Below are positions 1-11,498 of a stretch of DNA of 64,000 bases, one piece after another. This stretch comes from Pseudolabrys sp. Its GTDB lineage: Bacteria > Pseudomonadota > Alphaproteobacteria > Rhizobiales > Xanthobacteraceae. The stretch spans positions 9,229 to 73,228 of the forward strand of contig DASRGB010000021.1 in assembly GCA_035651255.1 (NCBI GenBank), read 5' to 3'. Under the pieces are notes generated by a model. That model searched no databases and was not told the DNA's origin. It saw only the letters and a list, made by a program, of their open reading frames with translations. The position numbers and the translations under genes are program-made. Position 1 is the first letter of the stretch. Each line of letters opens with the position of its first letter.

Positions 1-208
1 CGCCGATCTTTTCGTCTGCGAGTGCTACGGCTTCGCAGGCAAGATGACGGGGCATCTGACTTGGGAAATCCTCAAGCCGAGAATCTCCGGTCTGCGCGCC
101 AAGCGGTTGATGCTGACGCATATGGGTCCGTCCGCGCTCGCCAAGATCGACGAGTTCAAGCCGGCCGGGCTGCTGATCGCAGAGGACGGGCTGGTTTTCG
201 AGTTCTAG
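1..208 (+). CDS. MBL-fold metallo-hydrolase (RNase BN/Z-like), C-terminal part, truncated by window edge
   Basis: Frame from nt 2 reads ADLFVCECYGFAGKMTGHLTWEILKPRISGLRAKRLMLTHMGP...AEDGLVFEF* with the typical C-terminal 'LTH' and 'AEDG' motifs; not in the ORF track. Confidence 0.7.
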   Translation, partial: ADLFVCECYGFAGKMTGHLTWEILKPRISGLRAKRLMLTHMGPSALAKIDEFKPAGLLIAEDGLVFEF

Positions 209-212
209 CCGC

Positions 213-1082
213 TCACTTGTCGAGCAGCGCGATCAGGCTCGACGTGTCCCAGCGATTGCCGCCGCGCGCCTGGATTTGCGCGTAGAACTGATCGATCAGG
301 CCCGTGATCGGCAAGGTGGCGCCGTTCTTGCGCGCCTCGCCGAGACAAATCCCCAAGTCCTTCCTCATCCAATCCACGGCAAACCCGAAATCGAACTTGC
401 CGGCGGTCATGGTCTTGTAGCGGTTCTCCATCTGCCAGGACTGCGCCGCGCCCTTCGAGATCGTGGCAATCAGCTTCTCGATGTCGAGGCCGGATTTCTT
501 GGCAAAGTGCAGGCCTTCCGCCAGGCCCTGCACCAGGCCGGCGATGCAAATCTGGTTCACCATCTTGGCGAGCTGCCCCGAGCCCGGCGAGCCCATCAGG
601 TTGCAGGCGCGGGCATAGGCGGCGATCACCTTCTCGGCGCGGCCGAACGGTTCGGCGTCGCCGCCGCACATCACGGTGAGAACTCCGTTCTCGGCGCCCG
701 CCTGTCCGCCCGAGACCGGAGCGTCGACGAAATCGAAGCCGCCCTTTTTCGCTGCGGCGAAGAGTTCGCGGGCGATCTCCGCCGAGGCTGTCGTGTGGTC
801 GACGAATACGGTGCCCTTGCCCATGCCGGCAAAAGCGCCGTCATGACCGAGGGTCACGTCTCGGAGGTCGTTGTCGTTGCCGACGCAGCACATGACGAAA
901 TCCTGGCCCGCCGCCGCGGCCTTGGGGGTAGAGGCCGACTTGCCGCCGAACTGCTTGACCCACTTCTCGGCCTTGGCGGCGGTGCGGTTATAGACGGTCA
1001 CCTCGTGCCCGCCTTTGGTCTTGAGATGCCCGGCCATCGGGTACCCCATGACGCCCAAGCCCAAAAACGCCACCTTCGCCAT
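213..1082 (-). CDS. NAD(P)-dependent oxidoreductase, 3-hydroxyisobutyrate dehydrogenase/tartronate semialdehyde reductase family
   Basis: GLGVMGYPMA Rossmann motif, DAPVSGG motif; start at MAKVAF after a GGAG RBS. Confidence 0.9.
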   Translation of the reverse strand: MAKVAFLGLGVMGYPMAGHLKTKGGHEVTVYNRTAAKAEKWVKQFGGKSASTPKAAAAGQDFVMCCVGNDNDLRDVTLGHDGAFAGMGKGTVFVDHTTASAEIARELFAAAKKGGFDFVDAPVSGGQAGAENGVLTVMCGGDAEPFGRAEKVIAAYARACNLMGSPGSGQLAKMVNQICIAGLVQGLAEGLHFAKKSGLDIEKLIATISKGAAQSWQMENRYKTMTAGKFDFGFAVDWMRKDLGICLGEARKNGATLPITGLIDQFYAQIQARGGNRWDTSSLIALLDK

Positions 1083-1210
1083 TTGTCTCCTCCCTGAACG
1101 TCGCGCGCGGACCGCCGATCTGCCCCAATAGGTCATTGTGCGGGCGCCGGCGTCAACCCGCCCGCCGCCCGCATTGACCGTGCAACCGCCACGGGGCAGA
1201 ACGGGCCGTC

Positions 1211-2341
1211 ATGACAGCGACCAAGGACCAGGTTCTGACCGCCTTAGCCAAGGTGCCCGCACCCGGCGGCGTTGCGCTCACCGATGCCCGCGTGTTGTCC
1301 GATATTGTCGTCAGCGACGGCAAGGTGTTCTTCTCGATCACGGTCGATGCCGCCGCGGTCAAAGCCTGGGAACCGGTGCGCAAGGCGGCGGAGGAGGCGG
1401 TGCGCGCTGTGCCGGGCGTGCAGACCGCGCTGGTGGCGCTGACCGCGGAACGCAAAGGCGGCGCTCCGGCGCCGCGGCCAGGCGCCGCAACGCCCGCCGC
1501 GCGGCCGGCGCATCCCACCGATCAGGTCCAGCCCGGCATCCCCGGTGTCGATGCCGTCATCGCCGTTGCCTCCGGCAAAGGCGGCGTCGGCAAGTCGACC
1601 ACCGCCGTCAACCTCGCACTCGGTCTGCGCGACCTCGGCCTCAAGGTCGGCATGCTCGATGCCGATATTTACGGCCCGTCGCTCCCGAAGCTGCTCGCCA
1701 TCAAGGAAAAGCCGCAGACGGTCGGCGGCAACCGCCTCAGGCCGATCGAGCGCTACGGCCTCACGGTGATGTCGATCGGCTTCCTGATCGACGAAGAAAC
1801 GCCGATGATCTGGCGCGGGCCGATGGTGATGTCGGCGATCACGCAGATGCTGCGCGAGGTGGAGTGGGGCAAGCTCGACGTCATGGTGGTCGATATGCCG
1901 CCCGGCACCGGCGACGCGCAGCTGACGATGGCGCAGCAGGTGCCGCTCAAGGGCGCGGTGATCGTGTCGACGCCGCAGGATCTCGCGCTCATCGATGCGC
2001 GGCGCGGCGTCGCCATGTTCAAGCGCGTCAACGTGCCGGTGCTCGGCGTGGTCGAGAATATGAGCTATTTTCTGTGCCCGAGCTGCGGCACGCGGTCCGA
2101 TATTTTCGGCTATGGCGGGGCGCATAAGGAGGCCGATCGGCTGGGCGTGCCCTTCCTCGGCGAGGTGCCTCTGCACATGACCATTCGCGAAAAATCGGAT
2201 GCCGGCCTGCCGGTCGTGGCGACCGAGCCGGATGGCCCGCACGCCAAGATCTATCGTGAAATCGCCGCCAAAGTTCGCGATCAGATGACGGGCGGTGTGG
2301 CCGCCGGACGCGCCGCGCCCAAGATCGTCATCGAGGCCTAG
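1211..2341 (+). CDS. mrp: Mrp/ApbC/NBP35 iron-sulfur cluster carrier ATPase
   Basis: ASGKGGVGKST Walker A, DADIYGPS, WRGPM, DMPPGTGD, CPSC motif; N-terminal DUF59-like domain. Confidence 0.95.
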   Translation: MTATKDQVLTALAKVPAPGGVALTDARVLSDIVVSDGKVFFSITVDAAAVKAWEPVRKAAEEAVRAVPGVQTALVALTAERKGGAPAPRPGAATPAARPAHPTDQVQPGIPGVDAVIAVASGKGGVGKSTTAVNLALGLRDLGLKVGMLDADIYGPSLPKLLAIKEKPQTVGGNRLRPIERYGLTVMSIGFLIDEETPMIWRGPMVMSAITQMLREVEWGKLDVMVVDMPPGTGDAQLTMAQQVPLKGAVIVSTPQDLALIDARRGVAMFKRVNVPVLGVVENMSYFLCPSCGTRSDIFGYGGAHKEADRLGVPFLGEVPLHMTIREKSDAGLPVVATEPDGPHAKIYREIAAKVRDQMTGGVAAGRAAPKIVIEA

Positions 2342-2432
2342 CCGCTCCGCGTGTCTTGCGCTTTTTTGCGCACGGACGCATGGTGGCCGAAAATCCGGAA
2401 GCGGCTCGACCCGCTTCGCAGGGGGGAAGTAA

Positions 2433-3542
<1,110 letters not shown>

Positions 3543-3561
3543 CCAGCGAAATCACCCGTTG

Positions 3562-3596
3562 ACGGGGCCGGCGACGAGCCGGCCCCGTTGTTTTTT
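3562..3596 (+). terminator. Rho-independent terminator after TRAP SBP copy 1
   Basis: 11-bp stem ACGGGGCCGGC/GCCGGCCCCGT followed by TGTTTTTT. Confidence 0.8.
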
Positions 3597-3623
3597 CGGC
3601 GAAGATTCCGGACTTTTTTCTCT

Positions 3624-3640
3624 TACAACTTTTGTATAAT
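3624..3640 (+). promoter_or_regulatory. Possible operator overlapping a -10 box upstream of TRAP SBP copy 2
   Basis: Inverted repeat TACAA-ctt-TTGTA overlapping a perfect TATAAT at 3635-3640. Confidence 0.35.
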
Positions 3641-3760
3641 GGGTGCAGACTGGTACGAGGGGGCGGGCTCCGTCATGATTTCCGCAAGACCTCGATAAAG
3701 GGATTGAGTCTGGCGGAGAGGTCGACCACTCAAATCAAGTCATAAAGATCAGAGGGAGGA

Positions 3761-4852
3761 ATGGGAATGAAACGTCGTCAATTTCTGAAGTCGGCCGGTA
3801 TTGGCCTTGCCGCCAGCGCCGTCGCCGCGCCGGCCATCGCGCAGTCGATGCCGGAAGTGAAATGGCGCATGACCTGCAGCTGGCCGAAGTCGCTCGACAC
3901 GCTCTTCGGCGCAGCCGAGCAGATGGGTAAGGCGGTCGCGGAAGCGACCGACAACAAGTTCCAAATCCAGGTATTCGCCGGCGGCGAGATTGTGCCGGCC
4001 CTGCAAGCGCTCGATGCCGTGCAGAACGGCACTGTCGAAATTTGCCACACCGCCTCGTACTATTATTTCGGCAAGGACCCGACTTTCGCCTTCGGCACCT
4101 CGGTCGCGTTTGGGCCGAACGCGCGGCTCAACCAAGGCTGGTTCACCCTGGGCGGCGGCAAGGAAGTGCTCAACGAATTCTACAAGAAGTACAACGCGAC
4201 GGCGCTGCTTGCCGGCAATACTGGCTGCCAGATGGGCGGCTGGTTCCGCAAGGAAATCAACAGCCTTGACGACCTGAAGGGCCTGAAGATGCGCATCGGC
4301 GGCTTCCCCGGCAGCGTGCTGCAGAAGCTCGGCGCCGTGCCGCAACAGATCGCCGGCGGCGACATCTATCCGGCGCTGGAGAAGGGCACCATCGACGCGG
4401 CCGAGTGGGTCGGCCCCTATGACGACTTCAAGCTCGGCCTGTACAAGATCGCGCCGCATTACTACTACCCGGGCTGGTGGGAAGGCGGCTCGATGCTGTT
4501 CGCCTTCGTCAATCTCGAAAAGTGGAATGCGCTGCCGAAGAGCTACCAAGCTGTGTTGGAGCAGGCCGCGGCCTACGCCAACCAGTGGTGCCTCGCGAAA
4601 TACGATCAGCTCAATCCGGAGTATCTGCGACGGCTGCTTGCCAGCGGCGCCAAGCTCCACCCCTTCACGCCGGCGATCATGGAGGCTTGCTACAAGGCCG
4701 CCATGGAGCTTCATGACAGCATCGCGAAGACCAATCCGAGCTTTAAGAAAGTCAACGATTCAATGGTGGACTACACCAGGAACGGCTACCAGTGGTTCCA
4801 GGTGGCTGAGCTCGGCTACGATTCCTTCATGGTCCGCCACAATCGGGCCTGA
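3761..4852 (+). CDS. TRAP transporter substrate-binding protein (DctP, TakP-like), Tat-exported, copy 2
   Basis: Paralogue of 2454..3542 with the same motifs; RRQFL Tat signal. Confidence 0.92.
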   Translation: MGMKRRQFLKSAGIGLAASAVAAPAIAQSMPEVKWRMTCSWPKSLDTLFGAAEQMGKAVAEATDNKFQIQVFAGGEIVPALQALDAVQNGTVEICHTASYYYFGKDPTFAFGTSVAFGPNARLNQGWFTLGGGKEVLNEFYKKYNATALLAGNTGCQMGGWFRKEINSLDDLKGLKMRIGGFPGSVLQKLGAVPQQIAGGDIYPALEKGTIDAAEWVGPYDDFKLGLYKIAPHYYYPGWWEGGSMLFAFVNLEKWNALPKSYQAVLEQAAAYANQWCLAKYDQLNPEYLRRLLASGAKLHPFTPAIMEACYKAAMELHDSIAKTNPSFKKVNDSMVDYTRNGYQWFQVAELGYDSFMVRHNRA

Positions 4853-4873
4853 CGATCGCGCCAAGACAAGCGC

Positions 4874-4909
4874 AAGGCCCCGGAGGTCTCCTCCGGGGCC
4901 TTTTATTTT
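4874..4909. terminator. Terminator between convergent TRAP SBP and DctM genes
   Basis: 12-bp stem AAGGCCCCGGAG/CTCCGGGGCCTT followed by TTATTTT. Confidence 0.8.
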
Positions 4910-4914
4910 CCGCG

Positions 4915-6519
4915 CTACCTCTTTGGCTCGCTGAAGTCGAGCGGCGGCGGCGCCTCGATTTGCGGGATTTCGATTTTGATCTTGTTGAGATCGACCTTTG
5001 ACGGCCCCTCGAGCAGGGCGGTCACCGTCAACGGGAACGCGATCACCAGCGCCACCATGATGAGCTGCAGCCCCACCCACGGCAACGCACCCCAGTAGAT
5101 GTCCGCGCTCTTCACGCTCTTGGGCGCGACGCCGCGCAGGTAGAACAGTGCGAATCCGAACGGTGGATGCATGAACGATGTCTGCATGTTGACGCACAGC
5201 ATCACGCCGAACCAGATCAGCGCCGCATCGGGTCCCACGACCGGCGCCAGGACCTTCTGCGCCGTCGGCGCGATCATCGGCAGAATAATGAAGGCGATCT
5301 CGAAGAAATCGAGGAAGAACGCCAGAAAGAAGATGAACAGGTTTATGAAGATAAGGAAGCCCCAAACACCGCCCGGCAGCGATGTCAGCATGTTTTCAAT
5401 CCATACGCCGCCGGAAACGCCGAGAAAAACGATCGAGAAGCAGGTCGAACCGATCAGGATGAAAACAACCATGGCGGTGATGCGCATGGTCGTCTCGTAA
5501 CCTTGTTTGATGAGATTACGGAGTTCGGGAATGTGGACCGCCTCGATGCAGATCCAGGCGATCGCAAAGTAGGTCAATGCGAAGGCGACCTTGAAGATGA
5601 GGCCTTCCGACAGGAAGATTCCGACCAGCGTGCCGATGCCGGCGGCGATAATGCCGATGATGAAGATCTTCCGTCCCGGGGCGCTGAACGCCTTATGGTG
5701 CGTGACGGCCAGAACGATGGCGCCGACCGCTCCCATGGCGCCGGCTTCCGTCGGCGTGGCGAGGCCGAGCATCATGGTGCCAAGCACGACAAAGATCAGC
5801 ACCGCGGACGGAATGATGCCAAGGAGGCACTTTCGCCATAGCGGCCAGCCGGTCAATGTCCGCGCATCCTTCGGCACCGGCGGCACGTGGTCGGGCTTGA
5901 AAATGCCGAGCAGGAACGTGTAGCCGGCAAACAGCGCGATCTGGAACAGCGACGGCCCCCAGGCGCCGAGGTACATGTCGCCGACCGATTTGCCGAGTTG
6001 ATCTGCCAGGACGATGAGCACCAGCGAGGGCGGCACGAGCTGAGTAATGGTTCCGGACGCCGCCAGCACGCCGGTGGTGTAGCGGATGTTATAGCCGTAG
6101 CGGATCATCACCGGCATCGAGATCAGCGCCATGGCGATGACTTGTGCGGCGACGGTGCCGGTGATCGCGCCAAGAATGAAGCCGACGATGATGACCGAGT
6201 AGCCGAGGCCGCCGCGGATCGGGCCGAACAATTGACCCATCGAGTCGAGCATGTCTTCGGCGAGGCCGCAGCGCTCGAGCACAGCGCCCATGAAGGTGAA
6301 GAACGGGATCGCCAGCAGCAGGTCGTTGGACAGAACCTGGCCGAAGATTCGCAGAGGAATAGCTTGCAGGAAGCTCAGATCGAAAAAGCCGTGCTGAATG
6401 GCAATGAAACCGAACGTGATCCCCAACGCGGCGAGAGTGAACGCCACCGGGTATCCAAGCAGCATGAAGACCACAAGGCCGCCGAACATCAGCGGCGGCA
6501 TCGTTTGCAAGGTGATCAT
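4915..6519 (-). CDS. dctM: TRAP transporter large permease
   Basis: LLAIPFF, ASGTITQLVPPS, TPTEAGAMG, PPFGFALFYL; start MITLQT overlaps the dctQ stop (TAATG). Confidence 0.92.
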   Translation of the reverse strand: MITLQTMPPLMFGGLVVFMLLGYPVAFTLAALGITFGFIAIQHGFFDLSFLQAIPLRIFGQVLSNDLLLAIPFFTFMGAVLERCGLAEDMLDSMGQLFGPIRGGLGYSVIIVGFILGAITGTVAAQVIAMALISMPVMIRYGYNIRYTTGVLAASGTITQLVPPSLVLIVLADQLGKSVGDMYLGAWGPSLFQIALFAGYTFLLGIFKPDHVPPVPKDARTLTGWPLWRKCLLGIIPSAVLIFVVLGTMMLGLATPTEAGAMGAVGAIVLAVTHHKAFSAPGRKIFIIGIIAAGIGTLVGIFLSEGLIFKVAFALTYFAIAWICIEAVHIPELRNLIKQGYETTMRITAMVVFILIGSTCFSIVFLGVSGGVWIENMLTSLPGGVWGFLIFINLFIFFLAFFLDFFEIAFIILPMIAPTAQKVLAPVVGPDAALIWFGVMLCVNMQTSFMHPPFGFALFYLRGVAPKSVKSADIYWGALPWVGLQLIMVALVIAFPLTVTALLEGPSKVDLNKIKIEIPQIEAPPPLDFSEPKR

Positions 6520-7058
6520 TACTGGGTTGGCCTCTCGTAGTGGGTGTCGATGTGAACGACGCCCACGAGGGCGGCGGCGCGTTTGATGGCTTCTGAAATG
6601 CCTTGCAGGGCCAGCATGAAAAAGCCGGCCGGTATCACAAACTTGATTGGCCAACGCAGCAGACCGCCGGCGTTGCTCGACCACTCGTTGGTCTCATAGG
6701 CCTCCACAAAGAAGGGCCAGGACAGATAGATCAGCAGCAGGCTGATCGGAATCAGAAACACGATGGTGCCGATCAGGTCGAGCCAGAGCTGTCCGCGTTC
6801 GGAAAGGAACAGATAGAAGATCTCGACCCGAACGTGTTCGTTGCGCCTGAGCGTGTAGGCCGCCCCGAACATCACGAGGATGGCGAACATGTACCACTGC
6901 ATCTCGAGATAGGCGTTCGAGCTGATGCTGAACGCATAGCGCGACATCGCATTGGCGGCGCTCACCACGCAGGCGATGAGCACCAGAAGGTTGCAGACAT
7001 AGCCGATTTTTTCGTTCAGCCAGTCGATGGCTCTGCTGACCGCCAGCAGTTGTTTCAC
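6519..7058 (-). CDS. dctQ: TRAP transporter small permease
   Basis: Four hydrophobic segments, HVRVEIFY motif; GTG start after a GA-rich RBS. Confidence 0.88.
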   Translation of the reverse strand: MKQLLAVSRAIDWLNEKIGYVCNLLVLIACVVSAANAMSRYAFSISSNAYLEMQWYMFAILVMFGAAYTLRRNEHVRVEIFYLFLSERGQLWLDLIGTIVFLIPISLLLIYLSWPFFVEAYETNEWSSNAGGLLRWPIKFVIPAGFFMLALQGISEAIKRAAALVGVVHIDTHYERPTQ

Positions 7059-7267
7059 CTGGCTTCTCCCCTCTCGACCTGCCGGCTCGCCCCCACCGGC
7101 GGTCAATTTTGTTGTTTTGTGCCCCCGCAGCTTGGCCCTAGGCGCAAGCCTCGCAACCTTAAGCCGATGGCGGCATAGGCCGTCAATGAGGAAATTGGTC
7201 GAAAAACACTGGAAATGGCCGGTTCCCCGGCGCTCCAGCCGCGCCGGGGGCCCACGAAAACCCATGG

Positions 7268-7294
7268 TTAATGAAATCTAAACCGTCGGTTAAC
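7268..7294 (+). promoter_or_regulatory. Tandem CtrA-like boxes upstream of chemoreceptor gene
   Basis: TTAA-N7-TAAAC-N6-TTAAC, each pairing one mismatch from TTAA-N7-TTAAC. Confidence 0.5.
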
Positions 7295-7365
7295 CAGCGG
7301 GACGCTACAAAAGCTGCCTAGCCCGCCTTCGGGGGCGAGCGCTGTTTCGCTACGCGGGGAGGCCC

Positions 7366-8898
7366 ATGCGGCAGTTCACAATCGCCGAGCGGGTGATTGC
7401 GGCCGCGTTGTTGCCGGTGGCGGCCTTGCTCGCGCTTGAGTTGCTGGCGGGCGTGCTAACATCCGTTCTCAACCCAGCCGTCGCAGGTTACGCCAATTGT
7501 GCCGCCGCACTCGGCGTCATTGGCCTTGTTAGCGCTGCGGTCTGGTCGATTGCGCGCACCATCGCGCGGCCGCTGGCAACCGCGGCCGACAGCCTGGACG
7601 CGATGGCCTGCGCCGAGCTCGGCAATGCGCCGCCGTTGCAGCCAAGCCGCGGCGAACTCGCCAATCTCGGCGCCGCCATCGATCGCCTGGCCGAAGTTCT
7701 CGGCGAGCGGCAGCGCCGGGAAATTGTGCACAGCGACCTCGATCGGACCTGGCAAGCCTCGCGCCGCGTCAATCTATCCAACCTCGTCAGTCAAGTGGAG
7801 ACTGCGACCGAAGTCGGGGTCCAACCGGTGGTCGACGGCGCGGCGAGCCTGCTGCTCAAGGCCAGGGATATGTCCGACGCGCTTGCGGCGATGCGGGCGA
7901 TGTTCGACGCGAACGTGCGCGCCGCCGAGGGCTCGAGCGCAACCACCGAAGCCGCCCGCGTCATGGCCGAACAGGTCATCAGCGCCGTCACCGACGTGTC
8001 GGAGCAGATGCGCATCGGCAGCGGGCTTGGCCGCGACGCCGTCGAGCGCGCCAACGCGTCGCGTGCGACGATCGATGCGCTTGCCAAGGCCGCCGAGCAG
8101 ATCGGCGACGTGGTCTCCGTCATCCAAGAGATCGCCGAACAAACCAATCTGCTCGCGCTCAACGCCACCATCGAAGCCGCGCGCGCGGGCGAGGCCGGGC
8201 GCGGCTTTTCGGTGGTCGCCGCGGAGGTGAAATCGCTGGCGACGCAGACCGCCAAGTCGACCGAGCAGATCGGCGCCAAAGTCGCCGAGATCCAGTCGGT
8301 GACGCGGGACGCCATCGTGTCGCTGAGTGGCGTCGCCGAGGCGATCGAGCGGCTGTCGGGCGTGACGGCATCCGTTTCGGACACGATCGAACAGCAACGC
8401 GCGGCGAGCGAGAACTTCGCATCGAGCGCCAACGACAGCAGCGTCGTCGTCGCCGATTTTGCCGGACGCATGGTCGAGATCACCGAGATGGTCGAGCGCT
8501 CGCGCGCCGCCGCCGGCGAGGTCGCGGCGGTGGCGGCCGCCATGCAGTCGGCGTCGCAGTTGCTGTTCCGCGAGGTTCCCGAGATCGTCCGCATGGCGAT
8601 CAAGGCGGATCTGCGCGAATTCCCGCGCTACGAAGTGCTGATGTCGGCGCGCATCGAGATCGGCGAACGGGCCGCCGATGTCGTGGTGCGCGACGTCAGC
8701 CAGGGCGGCGCGCGCATCGAGACCGACGCGGCGCTTGCAGTCGGAGATGCGATCGCGCTGACGTTCCCCGGCATGCACCCGATCGCCGGGCTGGTCGTGC
8801 GGCAGGGCGAGGACCATTTCGGCGTCTGCTTCACGCCGTCGCAGCTGCGGCCGGAAGAATTGCGCGATCTGGTGACGAAGCCGTCGCAGGCCGCCTAA
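7366..8898 (+). CDS. Methyl-accepting chemotaxis protein with HAMP and C-terminal PilZ domain
   Basis: [30 protein letters not shown] signature; REFPRY...DVSQGG PilZ motifs; two N-terminal TM helices. Confidence 0.9.
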   Translation: MRQFTIAERVIAAALLPVAALLALELLAGVLTSVLNPAVAGYANCAAALGVIGLVSAAVWSIARTIARPLATAADSLDAMACAELGNAPPLQPSRGELANLGAAIDRLAEVLGERQRREIVHSDLDRTWQASRRVNLSNLVSQVETATEVGVQPVVDGAASLLLKARDMSDALAAMRAMFDANVRAAEGSSATTEAARVMAEQVISAVTDVSEQMRIGSGLGRDAVERANASRATIDALAKAAEQIGDVVSVIQEIAEQTNLLALNATIEAARAGEAGRGFSVVAAEVKSLATQTAKSTEQIGAKVAEIQSVTRDAIVSLSGVAEAIERLSGVTASVSDTIEQQRAASENFASSANDSSVVVADFAGRMVEITEMVERSRAAAGEVAAVAAAMQSASQLLFREVPEIVRMAIKADLREFPRYEVLMSARIEIGERAADVVVRDVSQGGARIETDAALAVGDAIALTFPGMHPIAGLVVRQGEDHFGVCFTPSQLRPEELRDLVTKPSQAA

Positions 8899-9954
8899 TC
8901 AGCCGCCAGTGACGCTCATATGGCGCGACAGTGCCGGACGCCGGTGGCGGCGGTCGATGACGAAATCATGGCCCTTGGGCTTGCGCGCGATGGCCTCGTC
9001 GATCGCGGCGTAGAGGAGTTCGTTGCCCTCGGAGGCGCGCAGCGGCGCGCGTAGATCGGCGGCGTCGTCGTGGCCGAGACACATGAACAGCGTGCCGGTG
9101 CAGGTGATGCGCACGCGGTTGCACGACTCGCAGAAATTATGCGTCAGCGGCGTGATGAAGCCGAGCCGTCCGCCGGTCTCCTTAACGCGCACATAGCGGG
9201 CCGGGCCGCCGGTGCGGTAATCGATATCGTCGAGCGTGTAGCGCTCGGAGAGCCGCGCTCGCACCATCGACAGCGGCAGATATTGATCGAGCCGGGCCTC
9301 GCCGACGTCGCCAAGCGGCATGACTTCGATGACGGTGAGATCCATGCCGCGGCCGTGCGCCCAGGCGAGCAGGTCGCCAAGCTCGCCTTCATTGACGTCC
9401 TTGAGCGCGACGGCGTTGATCTTGACGTGCAGGCCGGCGGCCTGCGCCGCGTCGATGCCGGCGAGCACCTTATCGAGTTCGCCCCACCGCGTGATGGCGC
9501 GGAATTTTTCGGCATCGAGGGTGTCGAGCGAGACGTTGATGCGTTCGACGCCGAGGGCCTTGAGCTCGGCGGCATATTTGGTCAATTGCGAGCCGTTGGT
9601 GGTCAGTGTGAGCTCTTTGAGCGCGCCGGTTTGCAGGTGGCGCGACAACGACGTCACCAGGGTCATGATGCCGCGGCGCACCAGCGGCTCGCCGCCGGTC
9701 AGACGCAGCTTGGTCACGCCTTTGGCGATGAAGGCGCCGCAGAGACGATCGAGTTCCTCGAGGCTCAGAACATCGGCCTTGGGCAGGAACGTCATGTTTT
9801 CTGACATGCAATAGACGCAGCGGAAATCGCAGCGGTCGGTCACGGAGACGCGCAAATAGGTAATGGCCCGCCGATAGGGGTCGATCAGCGACCGCGGGCT
9901 GCTCGCGGCACGCTCGAGATCAAGCGTCGATGGTGCGTTGTTCCCTGCCATCAT
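8899..9954 (-). CDS. moaA: GTP 3',8-cyclase (molybdenum cofactor biosynthesis)
   Basis: [18 protein letters not shown] radical SAM motif, [10 protein letters not shown]-terminal MSVTGG. Confidence 0.97.
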   Translation of the reverse strand: MMAGNNAPSTLDLERAASSPRSLIDPYRRAITYLRVSVTDRCDFRCVYCMSENMTFLPKADVLSLEELDRLCGAFIAKGVTKLRLTGGEPLVRRGIMTLVTSLSRHLQTGALKELTLTTNGSQLTKYAAELKALGVERINVSLDTLDAEKFRAITRWGELDKVLAGIDAAQAAGLHVKINAVALKDVNEGELGDLLAWAHGRGMDLTVIEVMPLGDVGEARLDQYLPLSMVRARLSERYTLDDIDYRTGGPARYVRVKETGGRLGFITPLTHNFCESCNRVRITCTGTLFMCLGHDDAADLRAPLRASEGNELLYAAIDEAIARKPKGHDFVIDRRHRRPALSRHMSVTGG

Positions 9955-10074
9955 CCATCCCGCGGTTGCGGATTCTGTCGTCCGCTGCCGTCATATAGGC
10001 ATAGTGGCGGATTATGGCCAATGCGTCCATCCGGCGCCGGGCGCCGCCGCTCGACGTTCTTGGCAGATTGCTGG

Positions 10075-10578
10075 TCAGCGTGTGGGGGCGGTCGGCCAGG
10101 GCGAGGCGGCCTGCTGCGGTTGCGCCGCCATCGGCGCCGGTGCGGCCGGCGCGGGCTTGGCCGCGGTCGTCTTTTTCTTCGGGGGCGCTTTTTTTGGCTT
10201 GGGCGGCGGCGGCGCCGGCGTCAGCTCGACCAGAAGTGGATTGGGACGCAGCTGCGACGTGCCGTCGCCCATGGAGACGAGTTCGAGCTTTTCGGAGTCG
10301 GGTTGATAGCCGGCGAGCGTGAAGGTGACGGTGGACGCGGCGTTGCCTGGCAAGGACAGCGTGCAGGGCGTGCGGCAGGTTTGACCATTCGAGGCTTTGG
10401 CTTCGGCGCCGGGCGGCTCGGATTCAACGCGAATTGATTCCGGCGCCGCTTCCATTTTGAAGGAGGCTTTCGACCAGTCCGGAGCCTTGAACCAATCCGG
10501 AGTCTTCATCCAGTCGGTATTCGACTCGCAGCCGCCCAGAGCTAGTCCCGCGCACACGATCGCGATTACTCGGTACAT
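10075..10578 (-). CDS. Lipoprotein with PEGA-like domain and Pro/Lys-rich tail
   Basis: Lipobox LGGC, ESEPPGA...CRTPC motif. Confidence 0.7.
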   Translation of the reverse strand: MYRVIAIVCAGLALGGCESNTDWMKTPDWFKAPDWSKASFKMEAAPESIRVESEPPGAEAKASNGQTCRTPCTLSLPGNAASTVTFTLAGYQPDSEKLELVSMGDGTSQLRPNPLLVELTPAPPPPKPKKAPPKKKTTAAKPAPAAPAPMAAQPQQAASPWPTAPTR

Positions 10579-10711
10579 GATCGCAAACCCGTCCGATCGG
10601 GCGGCAAACGCTGCCTGCCCATCGGCAAAGGATAGGGGCGGCCTCCCGATGGTGCAACAGGGAGCGCGCCAAAAAGGTTAACGCGATTAACCATATGGGG
10701 CGGCAGAACCG

Positions 10712-11386
10712 TTAATTTGGCGTATAAAATTCGGCGACCGCGCCCTGCAGCTGCTCAAATGCACTGATAACGCGGTCGGGGCCGAATTCGGCAACGGGCC
10801 GGTCGGTGTAGCCGAAGTCGACGGCGATGACGGGAACTCCGGCCGCGCGCGCGGTGCGGATGTCGGTGAGTGAATCGCCGATCATGATTGCGCGATGCAG
10901 AGCGCCACCGGCCGCCGCGACCGTGCGACGCAGGATTTCCGGGTCCGGCTTCTGCACGCCGAACGTATCTTGACCGCAAATTGCGGCGAAGCGGCCGGCA
11001 AGGCCCAACTGCTTGAGAAGAAGCACCGAGAGCGCCTCGAGTTTGTTGGTGCAGACGGCAAAGCGCCAGCCGTCTGCCGTGAGCGCATCGAGCGCCTCGA
11101 CCAGCCCGGGAAAAGGTCGCGAGCGATCCGCAATATGATCGGAGTAGTGGGCGATGAAATCGCGAAACAGGCGCTCGAGTTCGGCGGGCGTAGCGGCTCG
11201 GCCCTCCGCTTCGAGGCCGCGGGCAATCATCATGCGCGCGCCACCGCCGATAAGATTGCGCGCCGTATCGTAGGGCACCGGCGGCAAGCCTTCGCGCGCA
11301 AAGACGACGTTGAGCGTGCCGATGAGATCGGGCGCCGTATCGATCAGCGTTCCGTCGAGGTCAAAAACGACGAGTGGGGCGGCCAT
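10712..11386 (-). CDS. gph: HAD-family phosphoglycolate phosphatase
   Basis: FDLDGTLIDT, KPDP, MIGDS motifs. Confidence 0.85.
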   Translation of the reverse strand: MAAPLVVFDLDGTLIDTAPDLIGTLNVVFAREGLPPVPYDTARNLIGGGARMMIARGLEAEGRAATPAELERLFRDFIAHYSDHIADRSRPFPGLVEALDALTADGWRFAVCTNKLEALSVLLLKQLGLAGRFAAICGQDTFGVQKPDPEILRRTVAAAGGALHRAIMIGDSLTDIRTARAAGVPVIAVDFGYTDRPVAEFGPDRVISAFEQLQGAVAEFYTPN

Positions 11387-11498
11387 GTCAGAGCGTTAAT
11401 GCCCGCCGTTGGCCAAGGCAAGGTCAGGGGCTATTCACGGCCGGTGATCGCGGTTAGATAGGCGCGACAACAACTTCGAGCAAGCCGGACGGCTTACG

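Noticed and set aside
10678-10691. GGTTAACGCGATTAACC as a CtrA box
   Set aside because: Half-site spacing is 5 nt rather than 7; not supportable as a full site.
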